From positions 15,612 to 79,611 of the forward strand of contig DBQS01000036.1 of the NCBI GenBank assembly GCA_002305355.1: a DNA stretch of 64,000 nucleotides. The letters are read 5' to 3'. This DNA comes from Patescibacteria group bacterium UBA1388. GTDB taxonomy: Bacteria; Patescibacteriota; Microgenomatia; UBA1400; PJMF01. Positions within the stretch are counted from its first letter, which is position 1. Each line of letters begins with the position of its first letter. A program made the translations under genes and the position numbers. The notes below the pieces were generated by a model. It was not told where the DNA came from. It saw only the letters and a program-made list of their open reading frames with translations, and ran no database searches. This document shows positions 36,888 through 46,257 of the stretch, piece by piece.

Positions 36888-39023
36888 GTGCTTATGAATC
36901 TTGTCATTGTGGAATCACCAACGAAAGCGAGAAAACTGAGATCATACTTGGGAAATGATTTTCAAGTTGAAGCATCAGTAGGTCACATTCGTGATTTGCC
37001 AAAGAAAAAAATGGGAGTTGATATTGATCATAATTTCCAACCCACCTATGAAGTTAATCCAGATAAAAAAGACGTAATTAGCACGCTTAGAAAAGAAGCT
37101 AAATCAGCCAAAATTATTTATTTGGCAACTGATCCTGATCGGGAAGGAGAAGCTATTGCATGGCATATTACTCATGTGTTGAATGGTAATAAGCCAAACT
37201 TTAAACGAGCCACATTTCATGAAATTACCAAATCAGCGGTGCAAGCAGCCATTGAAAATCCGGGCGAACTAAATATGGATTTAGTCAACGCGCAGCAAGC
37301 ACGCCGAATTGTTGATCGGTTGGTAGGGTATGAAGTCTCACCGGTGTTGTGGAAAAAGGTGAGGCGGGGTTTGTCTGCTGGTCGCGTGCAGTCAGTAGCA
37401 CTCCGACTAATTGTGGAACGTGAGCGGGAAATTGAAGCTTTTGTCCCAGATGAATATTGGGAAGTTGATGTTGCTTTATCAGTAGAAAGCAATCCACCTT
37501 CACAAATTTTTGAAAAAGGCAAAGCATCTGAGTCATTACCAGCTGGTAGTTTGATTGCACGATTGATTAAAATAAATAATCACAAGTTTGAACCCAAGAA
37601 AAAACAAGATTTAGGTGATCTTGATCAAATCTTACCGCAGGCAAAATATGTTGTATCGCAAGTTGACCGTAAAGAAAGACGCCGCAAAAGTTTACCACCT
37701 TTTACTACTTCCACGTTACAACAAGCGGCTGCTAATAAACTTGGAATGAGCAGTAAACAGAGTATGAAGCTTGCTCAGGATTTGTATGAAGAGGGTTTAA
37801 TTACTTATCATCGTACAGATTCAGTTAATCTTTCAGCCGGAGCGATTCAAGATGCGCGTAAATTTATTGGTGATCAGTTTGGAGATAAGTATCTACCTGT
37901 TCAAACTAGGATTTTTAGCAATAAGAGCAAGAATGCACAAGAAGCTCACGAAGCGATTCGAGTGACTGATCTACACATTTCTGATGAGAGAGTGATTGAT
38001 CAGGCAAAAAGACTAACTCATCGCCATGCGCAACTTTATGACTTGATTTGGCGCAGGTTTTTAGCAAGCCAAATGAATGAGGCGATTTATGATCAGACAA
38101 ATTTATTGATTGATGCGGAAGTGATGTCATCGCAAGCTGGATTTAAGTCTGCCCAATTCAAGTCAACGGGATCAGTTCTCAAGTTTGATGGCTGGATGAA
38201 GTTATTCCCCAATAATGGTGATTCTATTTTGCCAGATGTTAAAACGAATCACATCCTCAACTATGTAGACCACTTGCTGGCTCAGAAATTTACTCAGCCA
38301 CCAGCCCGCTACAACGACGCCTCACTTGTGAAGGAACTGGAAAAACGTGGTATTGGTCGACCGAGTACTTATGCCAGCATCATCTCTGTGATTGAAGAAC
38401 GTGGCTATGTGATGAGAGATGATCGGAAATTTAAAGCTACGCCAGTGGGGATGACGGTTAGTAATTTTCTGCTCAAACACTTTCCTGTGTTTATGGAATA
38501 TGAGTTTACTGCTGAAATGGAAGAAGACTTGGATAGGATTTCGAGAGGGGAAAAAGCATGGGCAAAAGTGGTAAAGGCTTTTTACACTCCCTTTCACCAA
38601 AAGGTAGTAGATGCAGAGGCTGCCGAGCGGACTCAAGTGCCAGTTGAAAAAACTGGTGAGCCTTGTCCGTTATGTGGAAAGACTGAAAAAGGAGAGATTG
38701 TAATTCGCAGCGGAAGATTCGGTAAATTCAAGAGTTGCAGCCGATTTCCTGAGTGTGAGTTTACTGAAAATATTGTAGACACAATTCCTGGAGTAAAATG
38801 CCCGCTGTGTGGTAAGGGTGAAGTAATTTCAAGAAATACGAGATGGGGAAAGAAGTTTTTTGGTTGTTCAACTTATCCGGAGTGTGATTGGGCAAGTTGG
38901 AAGCAACCACAGCCGGGAGATAAGATTTCCAAAACTGAGTGGAGAAAGCAGCAAAAAGCTCGCGCCGAACGCAAAAAAAAGCGAGAAAAAAGTCGGAAAA
39001 AGAAAACAAAAGTCAAATCTTAA
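36888..39023 (+). CDS. topA: DNA topoisomerase I
   Basis: N-terminal Toprim (VIVESPTKARKL..GHIRDLP); two C-terminal CPLCGK zinc ribbons; lysine-rich tail. Confidence 0.9.
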   Translation: MLMNLVIVESPTKARKLRSYLGNDFQVEASVGHIRDLPKKKMGVDIDHNFQPTYEVNPDKKDVISTLRKEAKSAKIIYLATDPDREGEAIAWHITHVLNGNKPNFKRATFHEITKSAVQAAIENPGELNMDLVNAQQARRIVDRLVGYEVSPVLWKKVRRGLSAGRVQSVALRLIVEREREIEAFVPDEYWEVDVALSVESNPPSQIFEKGKASESLPAGSLIARLIKINNHKFEPKKKQDLGDLDQILPQAKYVVSQVDRKERRRKSLPPFTTSTLQQAAANKLGMSSKQSMKLAQDLYEEGLITYHRTDSVNLSAGAIQDARKFIGDQFGDKYLPVQTRIFSNKSKNAQEAHEAIRVTDLHISDERVIDQAKRLTHRHAQLYDLIWRRFLASQMNEAIYDQTNLLIDAEVMSSQAGFKSAQFKSTGSVLKFDGWMKLFPNNGDSILPDVKTNHILNYVDHLLAQKFTQPPARYNDASLVKELEKRGIGRPSTYASIISVIEERGYVMRDDRKFKATPVGMTVSNFLLKHFPVFMEYEFTAEMEEDLDRISRGEKAWAKVVKAFYTPFHQKVVDAEAAERTQVPVEKTGEPCPLCGKTEKGEIVIRSGRFGKFKSCSRFPECEFTENIVDTIPGVKCPLCGKGEVISRNTRWGKKFFGCSTYPECDWASWKQPQPGDKISKTEWRKQQKARAERKKKREKSRKKKTKVKS

Positions 39024-39039
39024 TCATCTAAGTCTTAAT

Positions 39040-40644
39040 TTATCCTCTGTCCAGAAATTGGGTGCGCGAAGTAGGATCAACATGGGGGATATTCGCATTC
39101 ATCCCACCCCAAAAATGGTTGAGAGTGATCAGTTTTTTGAGCCACGCGTGAGTTAATGAACGATAAGCAATGTGACCACCCGGCCTTGTGCGCAAATGAA
39201 TGAGATATTGTAGATCATCGATGGAACCATAAAAACGGTAAGTAGTAGCATGGGCATGAGGAAGTAAATACTTGGTATATTCGTCAACGAGAGGCTGATC
39301 ATCGAATTCGTGAGAAGCTTGGTACCGCCACTTTTTGAGAAGTTGATAGGTGTTTGTTAATCGTTGCTGATATGCTCGTTTAAGTGGTTTAAGTTCAGGA
39401 ATTGCCAGATAATCACATAAGAAGTAACAAGCTTGATCATCTCGATTCAACTCGGCTTCCAAATTAATTTCGTCTTGCCAAACAGGCACAAATCTCTCCA
39501 AACTTCGATGTCGATTTAAATCTTTTAAAATTCCAAAATCTGCCATCCCCTCAATCGTAATTGCTCCACTTTGAGCAGCTGGACCGATTTGGAAATGATG
39601 GTTGTGTTGGCTGAAAACTAATGCGCCGATTTTTTGCAATTGATTTCTACTGAGGATAAATTTATTTTCTCTACTTAATGGAAATTCAAGTAACTGTAGA
39701 TGACGAAGATAAGCCTGGAAAGCATTAGTGTTGTAAGCAACTCTGAGGGTTGTGTTTGGCGATCGACCGATTGTTCTGTTGGCAGATGATTTCTTGAACA
39801 AACTCCGTAATTGTTTAATGAGTGCACGATTGGTATTGATTTGTCTGGTGTTGGCCGTTGTGTGCCTGATTAAACCATCTGCTTCGGGGATGTATCCGGT
39901 TTTAGAATGTTGTTTGCCTCCCACTAGTAAGTCAAAAAGCAAATTTCCCAAGTGCTGGTCGATACCCATCGCGCTTCCTTTCAAGAGCGCAATTAATTCT
40001 GCCCAGTTACGGGCAGACATAATCATTCCGAGGCTGGTTTGTAAGCCCATGGGTAATAAATAACGAGCCGTGTCAAAAGTCCTAGCTTGCAGAGCGGCAG
40101 CTTGCCGTTTGTCGTTAGTGTCAATTTTAAAATAATCTGCGAGGGCGGTTTGGGTGAGTGGCAATAGTTCCCGATAATCTGCCATTTGTTTGAGTATTAT
40201 TTTTTCATAATTTGTTTTGGCAGCAGAATTTTTAGTTATTGGTAGCTTCACAAATTTTGGATCGGCAAAGTTTTGAAATCTGGTTGATCTTTCTTGACCA
40301 GCCACTACTGGATTGCGGTAAAACAACCTCATCGCAGTGATCATGGGAACATTTTCAATGCATACAAATACATCTGCCATATCTCCCACTGATTTGTGGC
40401 CATAATTTTGAAATATTGCTTCCAGACGACTGGCTGCGTCAGTGTCTTTCGCAAGCACTTCTTTGGCAATCTCAACCACTGAATCTGCCGATCGGCTGTA
40501 ACGCGCTCCCAAATAAGCGTTAATTGAAGGTTGTTTACGTAGGGGATCTTGGAGTAAGGTATGAACCGCTAAGTGATGCCAGCTAGTTTGACTGGATAAA
40601 CTGGCGATATGAAGTTGGGGGTAGAATTTAAATTTTTGAGACAT
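39040..40644 (-). CDS. thyX: Tandem-duplicated ThyX-like (flavin-dependent thymidylate synthase family) protein
   Basis: N-half RLFYRNPVVAGQERSTRF aligns with the ThyX RQWFRHRIASYNELSGRY region; C-half contains RHR (NRHRSLERF) and the ThyX C-terminal LPxxxxTxxxxxxxxRxLxxxxxLRT motif (TTYRFYGSIDDLQYLIHLRTRP). Confidence 0.5.
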   Translation of the reverse strand: MSQKFKFYPQLHIASLSSQTSWHHLAVHTLLQDPLRKQPSINAYLGARYSRSADSVVEIAKEVLAKDTDAASRLEAIFQNYGHKSVGDMADVFVCIENVPMITAMRLFYRNPVVAGQERSTRFQNFADPKFVKLPITKNSAAKTNYEKIILKQMADYRELLPLTQTALADYFKIDTNDKRQAAALQARTFDTARYLLPMGLQTSLGMIMSARNWAELIALLKGSAMGIDQHLGNLLFDLLVGGKQHSKTGYIPEADGLIRHTTANTRQINTNRALIKQLRSLFKKSSANRTIGRSPNTTLRVAYNTNAFQAYLRHLQLLEFPLSRENKFILSRNQLQKIGALVFSQHNHHFQIGPAAQSGAITIEGMADFGILKDLNRHRSLERFVPVWQDEINLEAELNRDDQACYFLCDYLAIPELKPLKRAYQQRLTNTYQLLKKWRYQASHEFDDQPLVDEYTKYLLPHAHATTYRFYGSIDDLQYLIHLRTRPGGHIAYRSLTHAWLKKLITLNHFWGGMNANIPHVDPTSRTQFLDRG

Positions 40645-40738
40645 ATGTTGATGTGATGATATTACACAAAATGGGTTTGTTAAGTTTTTTCATAATTGAA
40701 ATTGGCAAAACCACTCAAATTGAAGTGCCGGCTAGGTG

Positions 40739-41557
40739 TCATCGTTTTAGTTGACCTGATTTTGCCAAATACTTATTAAATATCTTACTGAGTTTTGGCA
40801 GGCCTTTATCATCGGTGTAATCGATTTTGCAGGCAGAAATTGAAATAAAACCCTCATTTAAAGCAACTGTGTCGGTGTTTGGCGGCAAGCCGTCGTACTT
40901 TGAATCGATATAAGAAAAATCATCATCAGTCATCACGATGTCATTTTTCCAGTAAGCTTGCTGGGCGGTTTTTACTACCCGCACTTGATTGGTTGCTTCT
41001 TCAGGAAAGTTAATGTTCCAAAAAGTGTATGGTTCAAATTGAGTACTTAACGCTTTTTTAATGATTATTTCCAGCATTTGACCAGGGTAGGCGAGGTATT
41101 TTTCATTAAAACTACCGTCATGCTCATGGAACCACCTGCCATCAGTGACGATAGAAGTAGCCAGCGCCGGGACTAAAAAACTTTGGACAGCGGTAATCAC
41201 TGCTGCCACGGTGCCTGACCGATGAATATTGGCGGTGGTGTTGCGCCCAATATTCACTCCGGAAATAACTAAATCTGGTTTTTTATTAAGTTTATTGAAC
41301 CCAAAATAAACTGCGTCTGAAGGTGTGCCATCAACCCAGTAAGCAGTAGTGCCATCCACTATCTCCGTACCCCAAACAATAGGTAGGCCAAAGGTGATTT
41401 TGCCTCCCACTGCTGATTGCTGTGACTTTGTGGCTACAACAGCATAATCCGCAAATTTTTCTACAATGCGTTTTACCAAAATCAAGCCTTCAGCGCGCAC
41501 CGAATCATCGCCAGTGAGCATAATGAATGGTTTTGATTTTTTTGTGCGACGCGCCAC
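40739..41557 (-). CDS. surE: 5'/3'-nucleotidase SurE
   Basis: IMLTGDDSVRAEGL (N-terminal DDG-like metal site), VISGVNIGRNTTANIHRSGTVAA. Confidence 0.7.
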   Translation of the reverse strand: MARRTKKSKPFIMLTGDDSVRAEGLILVKRIVEKFADYAVVATKSQQSAVGGKITFGLPIVWGTEIVDGTTAYWVDGTPSDAVYFGFNKLNKKPDLVISGVNIGRNTTANIHRSGTVAAVITAVQSFLVPALATSIVTDGRWFHEHDGSFNEKYLAYPGQMLEIIIKKALSTQFEPYTFWNINFPEEATNQVRVVKTAQQAYWKNDIVMTDDDFSYIDSKYDGLPPNTDTVALNEGFISISACKIDYTDDKGLPKLSKIFNKYLAKSGQLKR

Positions 41558-41578
41558 AGTTTGCCTTTTTTGGTTTTT

Positions 41579-42154
41579 TTAGGATTTCTCAATAAAATTT
41601 CGCGACATTTTGCTGGCTTCCACAGTGGTATTTTTGTAGTACTTACTATTTAAATCGGCATGACCATAAGGTTTTTGAGCGGGTGTCTTGAGGCTGCAAA
41701 ATGCAATTTGTGCGATTTTCATTTTAGGATAAAGCTTAATCGGCATGCTGTTGGTATTATAAAGTTCAAGTGTGGCGTTGAGCTCGTTGCCGGGATCAAC
41801 AAAACCAGCCGTAGTATGAATGATCAATCCCAATCTTGCCAGGCTACTTTTGCCCATAATATTGCAGCAATAACTAGGGCCAACTCCGAAGTAGTCATCA
41901 GTGACTGCTAGTGCAAATTCATTGGGATGGAGAATAAAAAAATCCTTTTCAGATTTGAGATGAATTTTTGCCATATAGTCTCCGGCGGGATGCTTGGGGT
42001 CAATCACCGACATTTCATGTCTTTTAAAAACCATGAAGTCAAAACCTAGCAAGATGTCATAACTAGCAGGTTGCAACCGCCTTTCATCAAAATCCTTGAT
42101 AATGATTTCTCCCGCTTGTAAGGCTTGTTTGATATCAATGTCTGAAAGATACAT
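41579..42154 (-). CDS. dcd: dCTP deaminase
   Basis: MYLSDIDIKQAL...LQPASYDILLG N-terminus; dUTPase-fold motifs. Confidence 0.8.
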   Translation of the reverse strand: MYLSDIDIKQALQAGEIIIKDFDERRLQPASYDILLGFDFMVFKRHEMSVIDPKHPAGDYMAKIHLKSEKDFFILHPNEFALAVTDDYFGVGPSYCCNIMGKSSLARLGLIIHTTAGFVDPGNELNATLELYNTNSMPIKLYPKMKIAQIAFCSLKTPAQKPYGHADLNSKYYKNTTVEASKMSRNFIEKS

Positions 42155-42380
42155 ACTAAATCTGGTGGATGACCAATGAATTAACTACTAAATATATCCT
42201 CGGGCAGGAGAATCAATTCAGTTTAACGGATTTTAAAAAGTTTGCAATGGATGAATGTTGAAGCACACAAAACCTCAGAATGTGGGGGACCTATACAAAA
42301 GGATTCAGACACCTGAATAATATGGTAGACTGAAAGAAGAATGAATTAGAGCTGGGACGTTATTCGCAAGGAATTAGTTT

Positions 42381-42758
42381 ATGACTGCAGAACTTAGGTC
42401 AGATCAATTGACTGCCAGCACGATAGTAGTCAAAGGTACTAATCAGACATCGAATAAGCAAAAAGACACTTCAGCAGTCACCACGAAAAGAGTAGATTTT
42501 AGTGATCCAGACATTGTTGACCGGAAAACGGGTAAAACTCTTTATGAAGTAGGAGTTTGGGAAATTGTGTGGCGAAATTTTTTGGCGGGCATGAGCAGAG
42601 GGTTGGGTAACTTAATTTTGTTGATCATTTTTTCACTTGTGATTGGAAATTTATTTATGACTTATATCTGGCCGCACTTGTCTCCATTGGTCGATAATTT
42701 TTATTCGTCAAGCCAGTTATTTAATTTTGTTGAACAAAATTTTCCAACCGGTAGATAA
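42381..42758 (+). CDS. Hypothetical small membrane protein (one C-terminal TM)
   Basis: Open frame only; TM LGNLILLIIFSLVIGNLFMTYIW. Confidence 0.35.
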   Translation: MTAELRSDQLTASTIVVKGTNQTSNKQKDTSAVTTKRVDFSDPDIVDRKTGKTLYEVGVWEIVWRNFLAGMSRGLGNLILLIIFSLVIGNLFMTYIWPHLSPLVDNFYSSSQLFNFVEQNFPTGR

Positions 42759-42963
42759 ATTTAATTTTCCAACTTGAACGTTTAAATAGTCTTGATCGAT
42801 TGATTTAGACGTTAATATGACAGGTGATCATTATGCACAATCATAATCGGTAAGAAATGATACGGAATAATTATGTTTTAAGTTGTGATAGATTGTTGTT
42901 TGGATGATGACTAACTTTTTCAAGTAGTTTTTTGTAACTTGTTTGTAAGTAGAAAGGAAAGTA

Positions 42964-43395
42964 ATGAAGGTTCTCATTAAACGTTTTGATAAAACATTAC
43001 CGATACCGGAATATAAAACACCTGGGGCAGCTGCATTTGATTTGGCTGCGCGTCAAGATACGCAGATACCCCCAGGGGGTATAGGATACGTGCCGTTGAA
43101 CATTGCCCTGCAGCTGCCCAAAGACCACTGGGCATTGCTCGCCGCTCGGAGCAGCTTACACAAGCTAGGGTTGATGCTTGCCAACGGAATTGGGGTCGGG
43201 GATTATGACTATCGTGGAGACGGTGATGAATATTTGGCGGCGGTGTACAACTTCACTCAGCAGCCCGTTTTAGTGGAGAGGGGCGAGCGGATTGTGCAGA
43301 TGATCATTATGTCGCGCGAGGCAGTAGAGTTGATCGAAAAAGATCATTTCAATACTAAGGATCGCGGGGGTTACGGCAGCACTGGGCGGAAGTAG
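42964..43395 (+). CDS. dut: dUTP diphosphatase (trimeric dUTPase)
   Basis: GAAAFDL, RSSL, GVGDYDYRGD and GGYGSTG motifs (dUTPase motifs I-V). Confidence 0.8.
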   Translation: MKVLIKRFDKTLPIPEYKTPGAAAFDLAARQDTQIPPGGIGYVPLNIALQLPKDHWALLAARSSLHKLGLMLANGIGVGDYDYRGDGDEYLAAVYNFTQQPVLVERGERIVQMIIMSREAVELIEKDHFNTKDRGGYGSTGRK

Positions 43396-43562
43396 AGTTT
43401 CCAACAATTGAGGAAGCAGCAAATATCTTAAGCCAATTGTTTAAAGAAGTATGAGTGCCAATCTAATAGAGTCGACAAAAGTGACTGCGAAAATAAAGAC
43501 TCATCATTGAAAAAATAAGCATTTTTGCTTGATTTATTGGGCTGGAACAAACTAGATTTAGT

Positions 43563-44294
43563 TTGTCAAGTCTTGCATTAATACCAAATATTGTGGTTGA
43601 GTGTGTAGCTGTGCCACATTTATTAGAACAAGCCAATCAGAGTGTCGTTAAGTTGAGAAAAAGTCATCGCTTATTTGAGGAAAAAGATCGGTTGTCACCA
43701 TCATTGTTGTTACCGTTGGCGGTAGAAGAATTAGATGAATTGGCTGAGGCTTACGATCAAGATGATGCTCAGGCGGCTTTAGGTGAATTGATGGATGTAA
43801 TCAATTATTGTTTATCCAATTTACAAGTTACGAATCGGCAACCAGCGTCTTTTTCTGACTTGATGCAGGGGGTTAATGGTTACGGTAAAAATTCGTGGGC
43901 AATTGAGCGCACCTGTGAAGTGATTCTTGATTCAGAAGATGATTACCGCGCGATTGCTGAGTATTTAAGACGCTTGTTTTCTATTGGTCAGTATTTGCCG
44001 ATTCCATTTGTGAGTATTAATCAATTTAATGAGATGATATTGAAAGTGGCGGCCAACAGACCGGTTCATTTTTATAGCGGACTTGATCCTTTAACTGGTC
44101 GAGCACTGTCTGGGGAAGACGCAGTCTTAGCTTTTCATCACTTTGAAAAGTGTTTCAGAGCAATTCGCGATCAGGTGCAAAGGACGCTCCAGCCGCAAGA
44201 CTGGCAACCGCACCAAAACGAGATAGCAGATTGGCGCCACTCGACAGAAAATTTGGCCAAGCTGCGACAACGGCTAAAAGTAGAGCCAGCTTGA
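43563..44294 (+). CDS. Protein with an N-terminal MazG-like all-alpha NTP-pyrophosphohydrolase motif; C-terminal part unknown
   Basis: VEELDELAEAYDQDDAQAALGELMDVINYCL resembles the MazG/HisE EExxE...ExxD metal-binding helices. Confidence 0.35.
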   Translation: MSSLALIPNIVVECVAVPHLLEQANQSVVKLRKSHRLFEEKDRLSPSLLLPLAVEELDELAEAYDQDDAQAALGELMDVINYCLSNLQVTNRQPASFSDLMQGVNGYGKNSWAIERTCEVILDSEDDYRAIAEYLRRLFSIGQYLPIPFVSINQFNEMILKVAANRPVHFYSGLDPLTGRALSGEDAVLAFHHFEKCFRAIRDQVQRTLQPQDWQPHQNEIADWRHSTENLAKLRQRLKVEPA

Positions 44295-44689
44295 TGATCA
44301 ATCAATAATTGGTGAGCGATAGCTTATCACACCTTAGCCAAATAACGCCGTTCGTGGGATCGGGGATATAAGCCAAGAAAAGCCACTACGGGATTCTACC
44401 AAAAAAAGCCAAAACCCTGATCATAAGGTTGCGGGGAAGGCTTCGTATTTGAAGCGAAAATTGACCAAGCAATTATCAGTGTTAATCAAAGTTAATGAGG
44501 CAACGTGTTATTTTTTTGCAAGAAACGACCGCTCACTCAGTTGTTTGGTTGTTCATCTATCCTGCGATCTTAATTCAGTAATGAACTACTAGCGAAAATG
44601 GTACTCCCCAGCCAAGCTGAAATGTTTTATAAAGTATTTGAAGAGGATAAAATGTTTACGATTAGTTAGTATTTAATTGGAAAGATGCT

Positions 44690-45319
44690 ATGGCTGACAA
44701 AGGATTATTGATTACATTTGAAGGCGGCGAGGGCGGTGGTAAAACCACTCAAATTGTGAGGTTGCGTGACAAACTCACCAAGGCAGGTCATGATGTAGTA
44801 GTTCTGCGTGAGCCCGGCGGAACTGTCATCAGCGAGCAAATTAGAGAAGTGGTGCTGTCTGCCAAAAATGCTGGCATCGCCTACACGACGGAAGTCTTGT
44901 TGTTTCAGGCCGCTCGCGCGCAAATTTACCGAGAAATTGTATTACCTAGTTTGAAGGCTGGCAAGATAGTCTTGATTGATCGATCACGGGATAGCTCGGT
45001 GGTGTATCAGGGTATGGTAAGAGGTTTCGGGAAAGATTTGATTGAGCAACTCAATGAAATTTCTACAAAAAATACTTACCCAGATTTAACAATACTACTT
45101 GATATATCAGTAGAAGAAGGATTACAAAGAAGGGCAGATTCCGGCACTTCAAACCGCTTGGATATGGAAGATACTGATTTTCACCAAAAAGTTCGTGATG
45201 CATACTTGCAGCTAGCCAAAGAAGATTCTGCTCATCGATGGGTAGTAATTGATGCCAACAAATCTATTGATGAAGTTGATGAAGAAATTTGGACAAAAGT
45301 TTCCGTAAAATTAAACTGA
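44690..45319 (+). CDS. tmk: Thymidylate kinase
   Basis: ITFEGGEGGGKTTQ P-loop; DRSRDSSVVYQG (DRx motif); LID region. Confidence 0.85.
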   Translation: MADKGLLITFEGGEGGGKTTQIVRLRDKLTKAGHDVVVLREPGGTVISEQIREVVLSAKNAGIAYTTEVLLFQAARAQIYREIVLPSLKAGKIVLIDRSRDSSVVYQGMVRGFGKDLIEQLNEISTKNTYPDLTILLDISVEEGLQRRADSGTSNRLDMEDTDFHQKVRDAYLQLAKEDSAHRWVVIDANKSIDEVDEEIWTKVSVKLN

Positions 45320-45353
45320 TGGAATATCTCCCAGCAGAGAAAGGAAGACACAA

Positions 45354-45659
45354 TTGCAACAAAAGGAAATACAAGTTCCCATATTAAATGGGTTTCAATC
45401 TGGCGAAGAGATAAGTAGCGAGGGTAATCGTCAACCAAAAATATCGGTGTTAGATGATAAAAACTCTCTTGTTAGTGATGAGGAAATCGAAAAAAAACTT
45501 TTTGAGATTCGGGAAAAATATGTGGGTTTTATGGATTCTGCCGCCCAATACCGAAAGTGGGCCCAAAATCACGGTAATAGCTCTAGATATGGTCGCTTTT
45601 ATCTCAATTGTGCTCGCAAACTAGAACGTGAGGCAGCAGAACTACTTTCGAAAATATGA
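45354..45659 (+). CDS. Hypothetical protein (101 aa)
   Basis: Open frame only. Confidence 0.3.
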   Translation: MQQKEIQVPILNGFQSGEEISSEGNRQPKISVLDDKNSLVSDEEIEKKLFEIREKYVGFMDSAAQYRKWAQNHGNSSRYGRFYLNCARKLEREAAELLSKI

Positions 45660-45683
45660 AAATAATGAGTTTTAATTGATAGT

Positions 45684-45911
45684 TTACTCTCTATATCCAC
45701 CAAATGAATGAGAACAGCCAGGTTGGTTAATACATCCTGGTGGGATGTTTTTTATAAGAGTATGAATCTCTATTAGCGTCATCAATCGTTCAAGAGGACA
45801 TTGTTCACCCACATTTGCGGCTTGATCGCCATCAAACGCAGGTGCTGTTTGAGATTCATCTTGGTAATGATGACCAGTTGGCGGGATATCACTCGACTCG
45901 ATATGATTCAT
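45684..45911 (-). CDS. Hypothetical protein (75 aa)
   Basis: Open frame only; convergent with the preceding ORF. Confidence 0.25.
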   Translation of the reverse strand: MNHIESSDIPPTGHHYQDESQTAPAFDGDQAANVGEQCPLERLMTLIEIHTLIKNIPPGCINQPGCSHSFGGYRE

Positions 45912-46025
45912 AGTCTGTCCTTGCTTATTACTAAAAACTCATCAAATTATATCACCGCTCCAGAGTTTGCATCTACATAGAAGTTGCCCCTTGTGCATCG
46001 AAATTTGAAACTTTATACTGTGCTT

Positions 46026-46052
46026 CCTAGTGCTAGTACTAGGTTTTTTTTT
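46026..46052 (+). terminator. Rho-independent terminator-like hairpin plus T-tract
   Basis: CCTAGTgctagtACTAGG (6-bp perfect stem) followed by TTTTTTTTT. Confidence 0.5.
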
Positions 46053-46257
46053 GGCAATTTTCTGTTATTTAAAGGTTCGTCAAGAATTGACAAACCAACA
46101 GGTGTTATTCCCTTCAAAGAACAAGGAAATTTTTTTCAAAAACTTTGGGTGCAAATCCTGTCAAAATTCAAGCGGTTAGTTGCATGAGATTAGTTAAATT
46201 TTAAATATCAATTTTATAAGGAAGTATTTAGCAGTAAACACAAAAGAAAGGAACATT

